The notes under the pieces are model-generated. The model made no database searches and was not told where the DNA came from. It saw nothing but the letters and a program-made list of their open reading frames with translations. From Squalus acanthias (lineage: Eukaryota): a stretch of DNA of 64,000 bases. A program made the position numbers and the translations under genes. The stretch spans positions 151,468,001-151,532,000 of the forward strand of contig CM059431.1 in assembly GCA_030390025.1 (NCBI GenBank), written 5' to 3'. Positions 37,217 to 47,950 of this stretch are shown here, piece after piece (the stretch's first letter is position 1; each line of letters opens with the position of its first letter).

Positions 37217-39539
37217 GTGTTTTTAGTCAATGGATAAAAGCAAATTAAAGCATCGAGGTCAAATTATGACCTATCACAAAAATTGTTTTAAATTGAAAAG
37301 CATTCATGTATTTTATTGAGAGAGCAGAAACTAATTACTCGAGTTTTATGGTTCTCTGGAAAGTACGATTTGAATGAAGGAAAGATAATATCATGGCTGA
37401 TCTGTATTCGAACTCCATCCGCCGCCTTGACTCCATATTATTTCTTCGAATATTGCAATTGAATCTTCCACATCCATCTGAGCTGGCAGAATTAAATGGC
37501 AATAAAAAACAGGAGGGATACATAACGGGGCAGTCGCTTCGCTATCGGCCGTTTCACACTAACGCACGAAGTCAATATTACCGGATTATCACTGCATTTA
37601 GTCTGGAACCAGTCCCCGGGCTGGGAAATGCACCGGTGTGAATGCTGGGCTCACTGACTAGACGCGCACGGCAATAGTGTCTTGGTGACACGCTGGAGAG
37701 TTCCTGGCACCCGCGCTCTGGTAACTAAGATAACACACAGTGAGGGGGAAGGAGAGAACAAAACAGGCCTTTTTCAATATATTCGCAGAATGCTTCATTT
37801 ATTGTAATGCAAAGTCAATCATCATGCAGTATATCAGGACATGGAACGTCAGGGGGAAATTGCCAAGTTGCTTTAAATCAATATCTACGAAAGGAGCCGC
37901 TTCTGGTTATGTTTTTAAAGCTTTACAGCATCAGATGATTGCAGATGACACAAAACTTCCCCGTGTGGTTGATAATGAAGAATAAAGCTGCAGACTGAAT
38001 AAATATATCAATGGACTGGTCTGCTGGGAAGAACAGTGGTAAATGGAATTCAATCTGGAGAAGTGTGAGGTAATACATTTGGGGAGGACTAACACGGCAA
38101 CGGAATACACAATAAATGGCAAGAGACTGAGAACTGCAGAGCGTCAGAGGGACCTTGGAATGCATGTCCACAGATCCCTGAAGGTAGCAGGATAGGTAGA
38201 AAAGATGGTGAAGCAGGCATACGGGTTACTTGTCTTTATTAGCCGAGGCATATAATATAAGAGCAGGAGGTTCTGATAGAATTGCATTAAACACGAGTTA
38301 GGCCAGGACTAGAATACTGCGTGCAGTTGTGGTCACCACATTACAGGACGGATATGATTGCGCTAGAGAGGGTGCAGAGGAGATTTACGAGGATGCTGCC
38401 TGGGCTGGGAAATTTTAGCTATGAGGCAAGATTGGATAGGCTGGGGTTGTTTTCTTTGGAACAGACGAGGCTGAGGGGAGACCTAATTAAGCTGTATAAA
38501 ATTATGAGGGTGCTAGATAGAGTGGGTAGAAAGATCATATTTCCCTTAGCAGATCGGTCAATAACCAGGGTGCATAAACTTAAAGTAATTGGTGGGAGCT
38601 TTAGACGGGATTTGAGGGGAAATGTTTTCACCGAGTGGGTGGTGGGGGGTCTGAGAATACATTTCCTGAAAGGTTTGTAGAGGCAGAAACCCTCATCACA
38701 TTTAAATGTACTTGGTTATGAAATTGACGTGCCATAGGCTACGGACCAGGTACTGGAAAGTGGGATTAGGGTGGATAGCTCTTTGTCGGCCGTCATGCTC
38801 AAGATGGGCCAAATGGCCTCCTTCTGTGCTGGATGTTTCGATGAATCCATGAATAGCATAGATGCATTGAAAGGAAGCTGGATAAACACATGAGGGTGAT
38901 AGGAATAGAAGGATGTGATGATTGGGTTGGATGAAGAAGGGGGTGGAAGGAGGCTCCTGTGGAGCATAACCATCAGCACAGAGAATTAGGGCCGAATGGC
39001 CTGTGTCTCTGTTGTAGACTCGTTGTAACACGAGGATATGAAGTAAAGTTTGGGAGCATTTTCCACTATATAAAAGCCACGAATGCTCACCCAAATTAAC
39101 TGAGCGCTGCGGAACTATTTTCAGACTGGTAAGTCCGGATAATAGCAGGGTTTATTTCAAATATTGCCTTATCTGAAATTCTGAAAGTTACAGGCGAGCA
39201 ATTGGAATAGATAAAGGTGAGACGGAGAAAAGTGAGTGATACAGAGATACACCAACAGAGGTAGATAAAGGTGAGACTGAGAACAAGCAGTGATACAGAG
39301 ATACACCAGCAGAGGGAGACAGATAAAGGTGAGGCTGGGTACAGTTTTCTGTTTGTAAACAGAGTCCAGTTGAGGCCGAAACCGTGTTTTATCTAAGTTT
39401 AGCAAAACGTCCTTGCTTTGTACTCTATTCCTACATTCATAAAGCCAAGAAGCCAATATGATTTTTAAACAGCCCTTGCATCTTGTACTGCCACCTGCAA
39501 ATATTTGTGTACATAAACCACATGTCGACGTTTAACTCA

Positions 39540-40150
39540 AGGGGGCTGAAATATAAACGGGTAGATGTTACGTTATCGTATGACAAATATCTGGTTAGAC
39601 TCCATTTAGATTATTGGATTCAATTCTGGGTAACGCACCTCAGGTTTGACAAATTGGCCTTGGACAGGGTGCAGCGCAGCGTGACCAGAATTATACCGGT
39701 GCTAAAATGATTATATTATGAAGACAGGCTGTATAGACTAGGTTTGTATTTCTTTGGGTATAGAAAATGAGGGCGTGATCTAATTGACCTATTTAAGATG
39801 ATGAAATGAGTCGATATTGTACATAGTGAGAAACGATTTGCTCCGGTGGAGGAATGCAGAACAAGGGGGCTTAACCTTAAAATCAGAGCTAGGCCGTTCA
39901 GGGCAGATATCAAAAATCACTCCTTCATACACTGGGACGTGGAAATCTGGAACACTCTGCTGCAAAAACCTGATGAGGCTGGGGCTCAATTGAACATTTC
40001 AAAACAGAGATTGTCAGATTTTTGGCATGCAAGAGTACTCAGGGTTTGGGAACTAAAGCGGGTACATCTAATTAAGATGCAGATCAATCATGATATGACT
40101 GAATGTCAGAACAGGATTGAGGAGCTGAGTGGACTACTCCTGCTCCTATA
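39540..40150 (+). mobile_element. Degenerate CR1 3' fragment
   Basis: RGLKYKR...LVRLHLDY.IQFW...ALDRVQR; TRGLNLKIRARPFR. Confidence 0.7.
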
Positions 40151-40464
40151 ATCCTAGAATAAGATGAGGCGATGGGATTAAGGAGAAGTGAGTCAGATTG
40201 GGGAGAGGGATGAGATTGATGAGTAGGGATCAGATTGAAGAGAAGATTTCAGATTCCGGAGAAAGGTTAATTTCAGTTTGGAGCGGACTCGGGGCAGGTT
40301 GATGGCTGTTATTCTGTTTGAGATAGAATGTGCTGAGAAGAGGTGTCGAGCTGAAGCAATGGGGAAGCGGTGCGTATATCCAGTGGGCGGCTGTGTGTCG
40401 GCAGTGAAGGGAATGTAATTCTCTAACACAGCCACTCAGTGTCGTTTTTTCGCTACTACTCAGA

Positions 40465-40537
40465 GCCCGGATAGCTCAGTCGGTAGAGCATTTGACTTGT
40501 ACTTCGAGAGTTCAGGGTTCAAGTGCCTGTTCCAATC
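40465..40537 (+). tRNA. tRNA-Lys-derived copy with perfect 5' 27 nt, anticodon TGT and broken acceptor stem
   Basis: GCCCGGATAGCTCAGTCGGTAGAGCAT...CAGGGTTCAAGTGCCTG; A and B boxes retained; 3' acceptor strand does not pair. Confidence 0.72.
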
Positions 40538-40744
40538 GCTACTTCATTCAATTGAAACACTGCTTAGTTTACACTTAATGGCACCGACTTTAGATTATAA
40601 CCTATCACAAAAATCGGTTGATATTGTAGAAAATATAAAAATATTGATGGATTTTATTGAGGCTGTAGGAATGATCAGCATGAATTTCTTGTGTTTTATG
40701 GTGTTATAAGGAAGTAAGATTTCAAAATCTTAAACTGAAGGAAC

Positions 40745-40816
40745 AGCCGCAGCTCGCACTCGAACCTGGACACTCATATTTAAAATCTACTGCCCGACCG
40801 ACTGAGATAGCAAGGC
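40745..40816 (-). pseudogene. tRNA-Lys-like remnant, convergent with 40465-40537
   Basis: Reverse complement GCCTTGCTATCTCAGTCGGTCGGGCAGTAGATTTTAAATATGAGTGTCCAGGTTCGAGTGC. Confidence 0.55.
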
Positions 40817-40950
40817 TCACGCTTACAATTTCACACAGCGACCTCCTCTGGCTGACATGGAACATTACAGCTTTCACTTGGATACTGTCGGTTGAGAGAA
40901 ACGGTTTGCTCTGGTGGGGAATGCAGAACAATGCGGCACAACCTTAAAAT

Positions 40951-41015
40951 TAGCTCAGTCGGTAGAGTATCAGACATTTAATGCGAACTCCGGGATTCAA
41001 GTCAATGTTCGGGCG
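40951..41015 (+). pseudogene. 5'-truncated tRNA-Lys(TTT)-like copy fused to a CR1 fragment
   Basis: CR1-like AACCTTAAAAT joins TAGCTCAGTCGGTAGAGTATCAGACATTTAATGCG...TTCAAGTCAATGTTCGGGCG. Confidence 0.65.
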
Positions 41016-41269
41016 GTGCTTTAATCAATGGAAACCGCAATTTGAAGCACCGACATTAGATTATACCCTATCATAAAAATCGTTTTAAATTGAAAAATTT
41101 CTTCTATTTTATTGAAACAGCAGGAAAGATCGGCGTGAATTGCTCGTGTTTTATGGTTTTCTAGGAAAGTAAGATTTGAAAGAAAGAACGATAAGATCAT
41201 GGCTGATCAGTATCCGAACTCCATCCCCGCCTTGACTCCATATTATTTTATACCCTTCTATACCCTTTC

Positions 41270-42752
41270 CAATCCTCTCTGGCTACAGGTGTGTTTCCAG
41301 AGAACGGGAAGAATGATGTGGTACCGTTTTTTTAAAAAAGGGAGAAGGGGGGATAGAACGAGTAATTACCGACCAGTCAGCCTAACCTCGGTGGTGGGAA
41401 AATTATTGGAAAAATTCTGAGGGACAGAGTAAATCTTCATTTAAGAAGACACGGATTAATCAGGGACATTCAGCTTGGATTTGAGAAGTGAATTTCATGT
41501 CTGACTAACTTGATTGATTTTTTTGGGAGTTAACAAGGAGGGTCGATGAAGGTAGTGCATTTGATGTAGTCTATATGAGTTTTAAAAAGGCTTTTGATAA
41601 GGATCCGCATGTCAGACTGGTCACGAAAGTAAAAGCTCATGGGATCCAAGGCAAAGTGGCAAGTTGGATCCAAAGTTGGCTCAGAGGCAGGGGGAAATGG
41701 TAATGGTCGAAGGGTGCTTTTGTGAAAGGAAGGTTGTTTCCAGTGGGGTTCTACAGGGATCAGTACTGGAATCTTTGCTTTTTGTTGTATATATCAATGC
41801 CTTGCACTTGAATGTAGGAAGTATGATTAAGAAGTTTGCAGATGATACAAAAATGGCCGTGAGTATGATAATAAAGAAGAAAGCTGTAGACTGCAGGAAT
41901 ATATCAATGGACTGGTCAGGTGGGCAGATCAGTGGCAAATGGAATTCAATCTGAAGAAGTGTGAGGTAATGCATCTGGGGAGGGCTAACAAGGCAAGGGA
42001 ATACACTATAAATGGTAGAAGACTAAGAAGTCCAGAAGATCAGCGGGAATTGGAGTGCATGTGCACAGATCCCTGAAGGTAACTGGACAGGTAGGTAAGG
42101 TAGTTAGTAAGGCAAATGAGACACTTGCCTTTATTAGCCGAGGCATAGAATATAAGAGCATGGAGGTTATGCTTGAACTGTATAGATCACTAGTTTGGCC
42201 GCCGCTAGAATACTGTGTGAAGTTCTGGTCAACACATTACAGGAAGGATGTGATTGCACTCGAGGGGGTGCAGAGGAGATTTACGAGGATGTTGCCTGGG
42301 CTTTGGAATGTTAGCTATGAGGAAAGATTGGATAGGCTGTGGTTGTTTTCTTTGGAACAGAGGCGGCTGAGCGGGGACCGAATTGTGGTGTATAAAATTA
42401 TGAAGGGACTAGATAGAGTGGATAGGAAGGACCTATTTCCCTTAGCAGAAGGGTCAATTACGAGGTGGCATACATTTAAAATAATTGCTAGGAGGTTTCG
42501 AGAGGATTTGAGGAGAAATGTTTTCACCAAGAGGGTGGTGGAGGTCTTGAACTCACTGCCTGAAAGGCTGGTAGAGGCAGAGACACTCATCTGATTTAAA
42601 ACGTACTTGGATATGCAGTCGAAGTGCCGTAACCTACGAACCAAGGGCTGGGAAGTCGGATTAGGCTGGATAGCTCTTCGTCGGCCAGCACGGACATGAT
42701 GGGCCGAATGGCCTCCTTCTGTGCTGTTAATTTCTATGATTCTATGATTCTA
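41270..42752 (+). mobile_element. Degenerate CR1 ORF2 RT-to-3' end
   Basis: NYRPVSLTSVVGKLLE, SGVLQGSVL, KFADD, YRKDVIALEGVQRRFTRMLPGL; (TTCTATGA)3 tail at ~42731-42753. Confidence 0.88.
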
Positions 42753-43279
42753 TGGCTGAACTGTATCCGAACTCTATCCCCCGACTTGTCTCCATATCCT
42801 TTTATACCCTTGTCTAGCAGAACTCAATCGATCTCCGTTTTAAAATGATTATTTGAACTGTTTTAAGTGGGAGAGAATTCCACCATTTGCATGAAGAAGT
42901 GTTTCCTAACTTCTCTCCTGATTGGCCTGGCTTTGTTTATCTGGTGATGAGACTGTTCTGGGAATGAAAAGTAAACAAACTTCCCTTACTCCGATGTGCA
43001 GCAGTGCTCAGTCAGAGAGAGACGATGGAAATGTGAGAATAATGTTAGAAGGAGTTGAATTTATACTGCGGCTATCACGCCCAAAGGAAGTCCCCAAACG
43101 TATTCATTTTTGAAATGTAGGAACCACGGCAGTCAGTTTGCACACAGCAAGATCCCACGAATATCAAAGTGAAAATGATCAGATCATCTGTCCTGTTTTG
43201 TAATGTTTATTAAATGGTAAATATTGTCCCAGGACACGTGGGAGAACTCCCCTGCTCATCTCTAAAGAGAGAGCAACAG

Positions 43280-43317
43280 AGTTAAAGTTTCAGGTCGATG
43301 ACCCTTCGTCAGAACTG
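43280..43317 (-). ncRNA. Minimal hammerhead-ribozyme-like motif in the Penelope pseudo-LTR (cleavage triplet altered)
   Basis: Minus strand CAGTT-CTGACGA-AGGGTC-ATC-GACCT-GAAAC-TTT-AACT: CUGANGA and GAAA cores, stem II, stem I AGTT/AACT. Confidence 0.6.
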
Positions 43318-43618
43318 GACAATGTTGGAGATGTAAAAGGTTTTTAAGCAAGTGTCGGGGCAGGGCGGGGTGGGGTGGAGAAAAGAAAAAAAAGTGAAGG
43401 TCTGTGATAGGATTGAAGGCTGGAGAGATTAAGCGACAAAGGGGATGTAGGTGCAAGGCAAAAGGAGATGATAATTGAACAAGTTAAGAAACAAAAGATG
43501 AGTCTAGATGAAGTGTAAATGACAATGGCATAATGAAACACAGCTGCCATGTGAGAGAGAGAAAAAAAATAAGAGGGGCAGAGGTTATGGTATGAAATTG
43601 TTGAACTCGATGTTGAGT

Positions 43619-43933
43619 CACAGAATCACAGAATCCCCACATTGCAGTTGAGGCCATTTCGGCCCATCGAGCCTGCACCGACACATATCCCACCCTATCG
43701 CCGTAAACCCAAGTATTTAATCCCACTAACACTAAGGGTCAATTTATCATAGCCAAATCAACCTAACCCTCACATCTTTGGAATGTGGGAGGAAACCGGA
43801 GCACCCGCAGGAAACCCACGCAGACACGGGGAAAATGTGCAAACTCCACAAAGACAGTCACCCGGGGCCGGATTCGAACCGGGGTCCCTGGCGCTGTGAG
43901 GCAACAGTGCTAACCACTATGCCACCGTGTTGT
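43619..43933 (-). mobile_element. HE1-like V-SINE inserted in the Penelope element
   Basis: tRNA head CACGGTGGCATAGTGGTTAGCACTG...GGTTCGAATCC, V-domain GGAGTTTGCACAT.TTCCCCGTGTCTGCGTGGGTTTCC, CR1-like 3' end with (TTCTGTGA) tail. Confidence 0.9.
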
Positions 43934-44796
43934 CCAGAAGGCTGTGAAGGGCCTAATCGAAAGACGAGATGCTGTGCCTCGAGCTTACGTTGAGCTTTAT
44001 TGCAACAGTGTAAGAGGACAAGGACGGAGAGGTCAGAGTGGGAATGGCGCAGAGCATTAAAGTGAGAGCCAACCGAAAGCTCAGGGTCACCCTTACGTAC
44101 TAAATTGAGGTGTTCCACAAAGCGGTATCCCAATCTGCGTTTGGTCTTCCCAATATAGAGGAGACCACATCGTGAGCAGAGAATACAGTATACGAAATTG
44201 CAAGAAATGCAAGTAAATCGCTTTTTCACCTGGAAGGAGTGTTGGGGGAAACGGACGGGAGGAGGTAAAAGGTCAGGTGATGCATCTCCTGCTCTTGCAC
44301 GGGTAGGTGTCGGGCTAAGGGGAAGGGGTGTTAGGGGTGATAGAGGAGTGGACCAGGGTGTCGTTGAGGGAGCTGTCGATTCGGAATGCTGAAAGGGGAG
44401 GAGAGGGGAAGATGTGTTTGGTGTTGGGATCACGCTGGATGTGGCGGAAATGGCAGAGGTGATCCCTTGATGTGGAGTCTGGTGGGAGGACAAGGGGAGG
44501 ACAAGGGGAGCCCTATCGTGGTTCCAGGAGGGAGGGGAAGGGGTGAAAGCAGAAGTGCATGAAATAGAAGGGACACGGTCAAGGGCCATGTCATCCATGG
44601 TAGAGGAGAATCCTCGTTTGAGGAAAAAGGAAGACATGTCGGAAGCAATAGTATGGAAGGTGGCATCGTCGGACCAGATGCGGTGGAGACGGATAAACAG
44701 GGTGAATGGAATAGAGTCTTTACAGGAAGCAGGGTGGGAGGAATTGCAGTCCAGGTAGCTGTGGGAGTCAGTGCGCTTATACTGATTTTTTGTCAA

Positions 44797-45794
44797 CAAC
44801 AACAACTTGTATTTATATAGCGCCTTTAATATAGTAAAACGTCTCAAGGTACTGCACAGGAGTATTTTAAGATAACAAATTTGACACCGATCAACATAAA
44901 CAATAAATTAGGGCAGGTGACCAAAAGCGTTGTCAAAGAGGTAGGTGTTAAGGAATGTCTTAAATGAGGAAAGAAAGGTAGCGATGCGGACAGGTTTAGG
45001 CAGGGAATTCCAGAGCTTAGGGCCGAGGCAATAGAAGGCACGGCCACCAATGGTTGAGCGATTACAATCAGGGGTCCGCAAGCGGCAGAATTAGAGGAGC
45101 GCAGATATCTCGGTGGGTTGTGTTGCTGGAGGAGATTACAGAGATAGGGACGGGCGAGGCCTTGGAGGGATTTGAAAACAAGGATGAGAATTTTGAAATC
45201 GTGGCGCTGCTTAACCGGCAGCCAATGTAGGTCAGCGAGCAAAGGGGTGATGGGTGAACGGGACTTGATGCGAGTTGGGACACGGGCAGCCGAGTTTTGG
45301 ATGACCTCAAGTTTACTTAGGGTAGAACGTGGGAGGCCAGCCAGGAGTGCGTTGGAATAGTCAAGTCTAGAGGTAACAAAGGCATGGATGAGGGTTTCAG
45401 CAGCGGATGAGCTGAGGCAAGGGCGGACACGGGCGATGTTACGGAGGTAGAAGAAGGCAGTCTTAGTTATGCTGCGGATATGTGTTCGGTAATTCATTAC
45501 TATGACCCATGTTGCGAACAATGTGGTTCAACCTCAGACAGATGTTAGGGAGAGGGATGGAGGCATTAGATATGGAACGGAGTTTCTGGCGGGTACCGAA
45601 AACAATGGCTTCGGTTTTCCCAATATTTAATTGGAGACAATTTTTGCTCATCCAGAACTGTATGTCGGACAAACGGTCTGACAATTTAGACACCGTGGAG
45701 GGGTCGAGAGAAGAAGTAGTGAGGTAGAGCTGGGTGTCGTCAGCGTCCATGTGGAAACTGATGCTGTGGTTTCGGATGATGTCATCAAGGATGC
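44797..45794 (-). mobile_element. 5'-truncated L2-type LINE inserted in the Penelope RT, apparent TSD TGTCAA
   Basis: ADDTQLYL, LNIGKTE, TLIHAFVTSRLDYSNALL, LHWLPV; (GTT)n tail; TGTCAA at 44791-44796 and 45795-45800. Confidence 0.88.
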
Positions 45795-47145
45795 TGTCAA
45801 TATCCTATCCCCAGAGATGGAGAGAGAGAAGTCGAGGAAGGGAAGGGAAGAGTCGGAGATGAACCATATGAAAGTGAGGGAAGGATGGAAATTGAAAGCA
45901 AGGTGAATGAAATTTTCTAGTTCAGGGCGAGAGCAGGAAACAACACCCATACAGTCATCAATATACCGGAAAAAGAGGTCAGGGAGGGGACTTGAGTAGG
46001 ACGGGCACAAAGAATGTTCCACATATCCCACAAAAAGGCAGACATAGCTAGGACAATGCGGGTTACCGTAGCAACACCTTTAATTTGGAGGAAGCGAGTG
46101 GAGTCAAAGGAGAAGTTGTTCAATGTGAGAACAACTTCAGCCAGGCGAAGGAGGGTGGTGGTGGAAAGGGACTGGTTGGAGCTCTGTTCAAGGAAGAAGT
46201 GGAGCGCCCTCAGGCCATCCTGGTGAGGGATGGAGGTGTAGAGCTATTGGGCATGGAGGTGAAAATGAGAAGGTTGGCCTTTATGCAAGTACAGTAATGT
46301 ACCTTGATACTGCATCCAATTTCTTCCTTTAAATATTGTCTCGTCTCCTTTGCCCTGTCGTTTCCCCGATCGATATTTAAATACTCAAAATGTGATTTAT
46401 ATGTTATTAATTCATAGTTGATCTACACTTCCCTTATTTCATGCTTTGTTCCGCTCATTCCACACTCCCTTTCATCGCCGCCTTTGCTCCACTAGTTACT
46501 CTTCATTCTGCCTGATCCCAGCTCTACAGGCTTCCCTCGAAATTTCGGTCCCCATTCTATGGGGGAATTTCTGCTGGGCGAAAAATTGGCGATCGCGGAT
46601 CGGGTGTGAACCCACATAGATGCACTTTGCAGCAGGGTTACTGGGGACCGATACTGCGCGGGAAACCCAGGTAATGTTATCCCTCCAAACCCAGTAATAC
46701 TGAGTGCAATTTTCAGTGTCCCCCTGCAGCCCAGACTGAGCCCCACCCTGGGCCCTTCCTGTCTGTCCAATTAACCAGGAATAAGTGCGTCCCCAGTGTT
46801 CATTAAGGACACCATCACAATAACAACAACAACATGAATTTATATAGCGCCTTTAATGTAGGCGATTCACAAGAGCGTTATCAAACAACATATTACGCTG
46901 GGGAACATTCAGCCCCGGATATCCTGCAGAAGCAGCGCTGTGGGGCCGGGCGGCTGAGTCTCGGGACCATGTGGCTGGGAATCTGACGTCACAATGTGAG
47001 ATGACGCTCGCTCAGCTCCAGCTGGAAACCCTTGAAGGGGCCGATTGGATTTAAACCCGGAGCGCGGCCGCTTAAAGGGGAGGGGCTGAAAATCAGCCAA
47101 AAGTAGTCACATAATGAGAGCAATAATGTTCATCAACTGAAATGA

Positions 47146-47233
47146 TCATAACTCAACTCTCTGTCCTCTTCTGATATTCTTCAGAGACGTGAGCTGATTA
47201 ATTCCTCTCGAATCGAACCGATTCCCCATCATC
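47146..47233 (-). pseudogene. Terminal coding exon of the NLR
   Basis: Acceptor TCTTTAAG|G, then MMGNRFDSRGINQLTSLKNIRRGQRVEL*; phase compatible with the LRR exons. Confidence 0.65.
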
Positions 47234-47396
47234 CTTAAAGATTAAAGATTAAACAGGAAATAAACAGATTGATCAACAATACCTGTAACAGGGAGACTGA
47301 GGTTGATATTTCAATAATAATTACAGAAGATATACCAAAAAAACGAAATCCTCTTGATATTTATTTATTAAATTAAACTTTAACAAAAGAACTCAC

Positions 47397-47563
47397 CGGA
47401 TCTCCTCCAGACTCCTGCAGGACCGCATGAGGCGGCAGAGAGCGGGGACAGTAGGGTTGTGAAGGACTTGAACCCCAGGTTTAGAAACGTCAATGACAAG
47501 TTTGTACTGAGAGCGGAGGCGAGATACTCAACACAAGAATCTGTGAGACCGGTATTATACAGC
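47397..47563 (-). pseudogene. LRR exon (167 nt, frameshifted)
   Basis: LYNTGLTDSCVEYLASALSTNLSLTFLNLGFKSFT, then a frame change to TVPALCRLMRSCRSLEEI; donor GTGAG. Confidence 0.8.
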
Positions 47564-47703
47564 CTGGGAATCAGAGAGAGAAATATAACAGCAATCAGAT
47601 TAAATCCCCAGTGTTTATTAATAACACAATTACTGATACTAATAACGTACAGTGTCAGACATGCCGTTATTATAAACAGAATCTCATACAGTTTGGTACT
47701 TAC

Positions 47704-47874
47704 CACAGTTCCTCTATTTTATAGTCCGGGATCCTGAGAGACTCAGATAATAGTATGACTCCTGAATCTCCCAGTGTATTTTCTCTCAGGGTCAGAACCG
47801 TTAGTGACAGGTTTGTACTGAGAGCGGAGGCGAGATCCTCGGCACAAGAATCTGTGACACGCTTGTTAACCAGC
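47704..47874 (-). pseudogene. LRR exon (171 nt)
   Basis: LVNKRVTDSCAEDLASALSTNLSLTVLTLRENTLGDSGVILLSESLRIPDYKIEEL; CAG and GTAAG boundaries. Confidence 0.85.
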
Positions 47875-47950
47875 CTGTGGAACAGAGAGAGATAGAGATA
47901 GAAATAACAGGAATAAGTGCAAGTTCCCATTGTTTATTAAGAACACCATT

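Larger units (their letters stand above)
43265..46280 (-). mobile_element. Penelope-like retroelement (RT + GIY-YIG endonuclease), degenerate, with two nested insertions
   Basis: NNFSFDSTRFLQIKGVA, FFRYIDDCMG, YKRTDSHSYLDCNSSHPASCKDSIPF, and VYCILCSRCGLLYIGKTKRRLGYRFVEH (GIY-YIG); pseudo-LTR at ~43265-43600. Confidence 0.88.

Noticed and set aside
3196..41015. Functional tRNA gene cluster
   Set aside because: Every copy has stem-breaking or box-breaking changes by eye; a covariance-model score would be needed to rescue any of them.
46530..46770. GC-rich stretch with TIR-like words (AAATTTCGGTCCCC, GGGGGAATTTC)
   Set aside because: I could not pair the ends or find a TSD; left unassigned.
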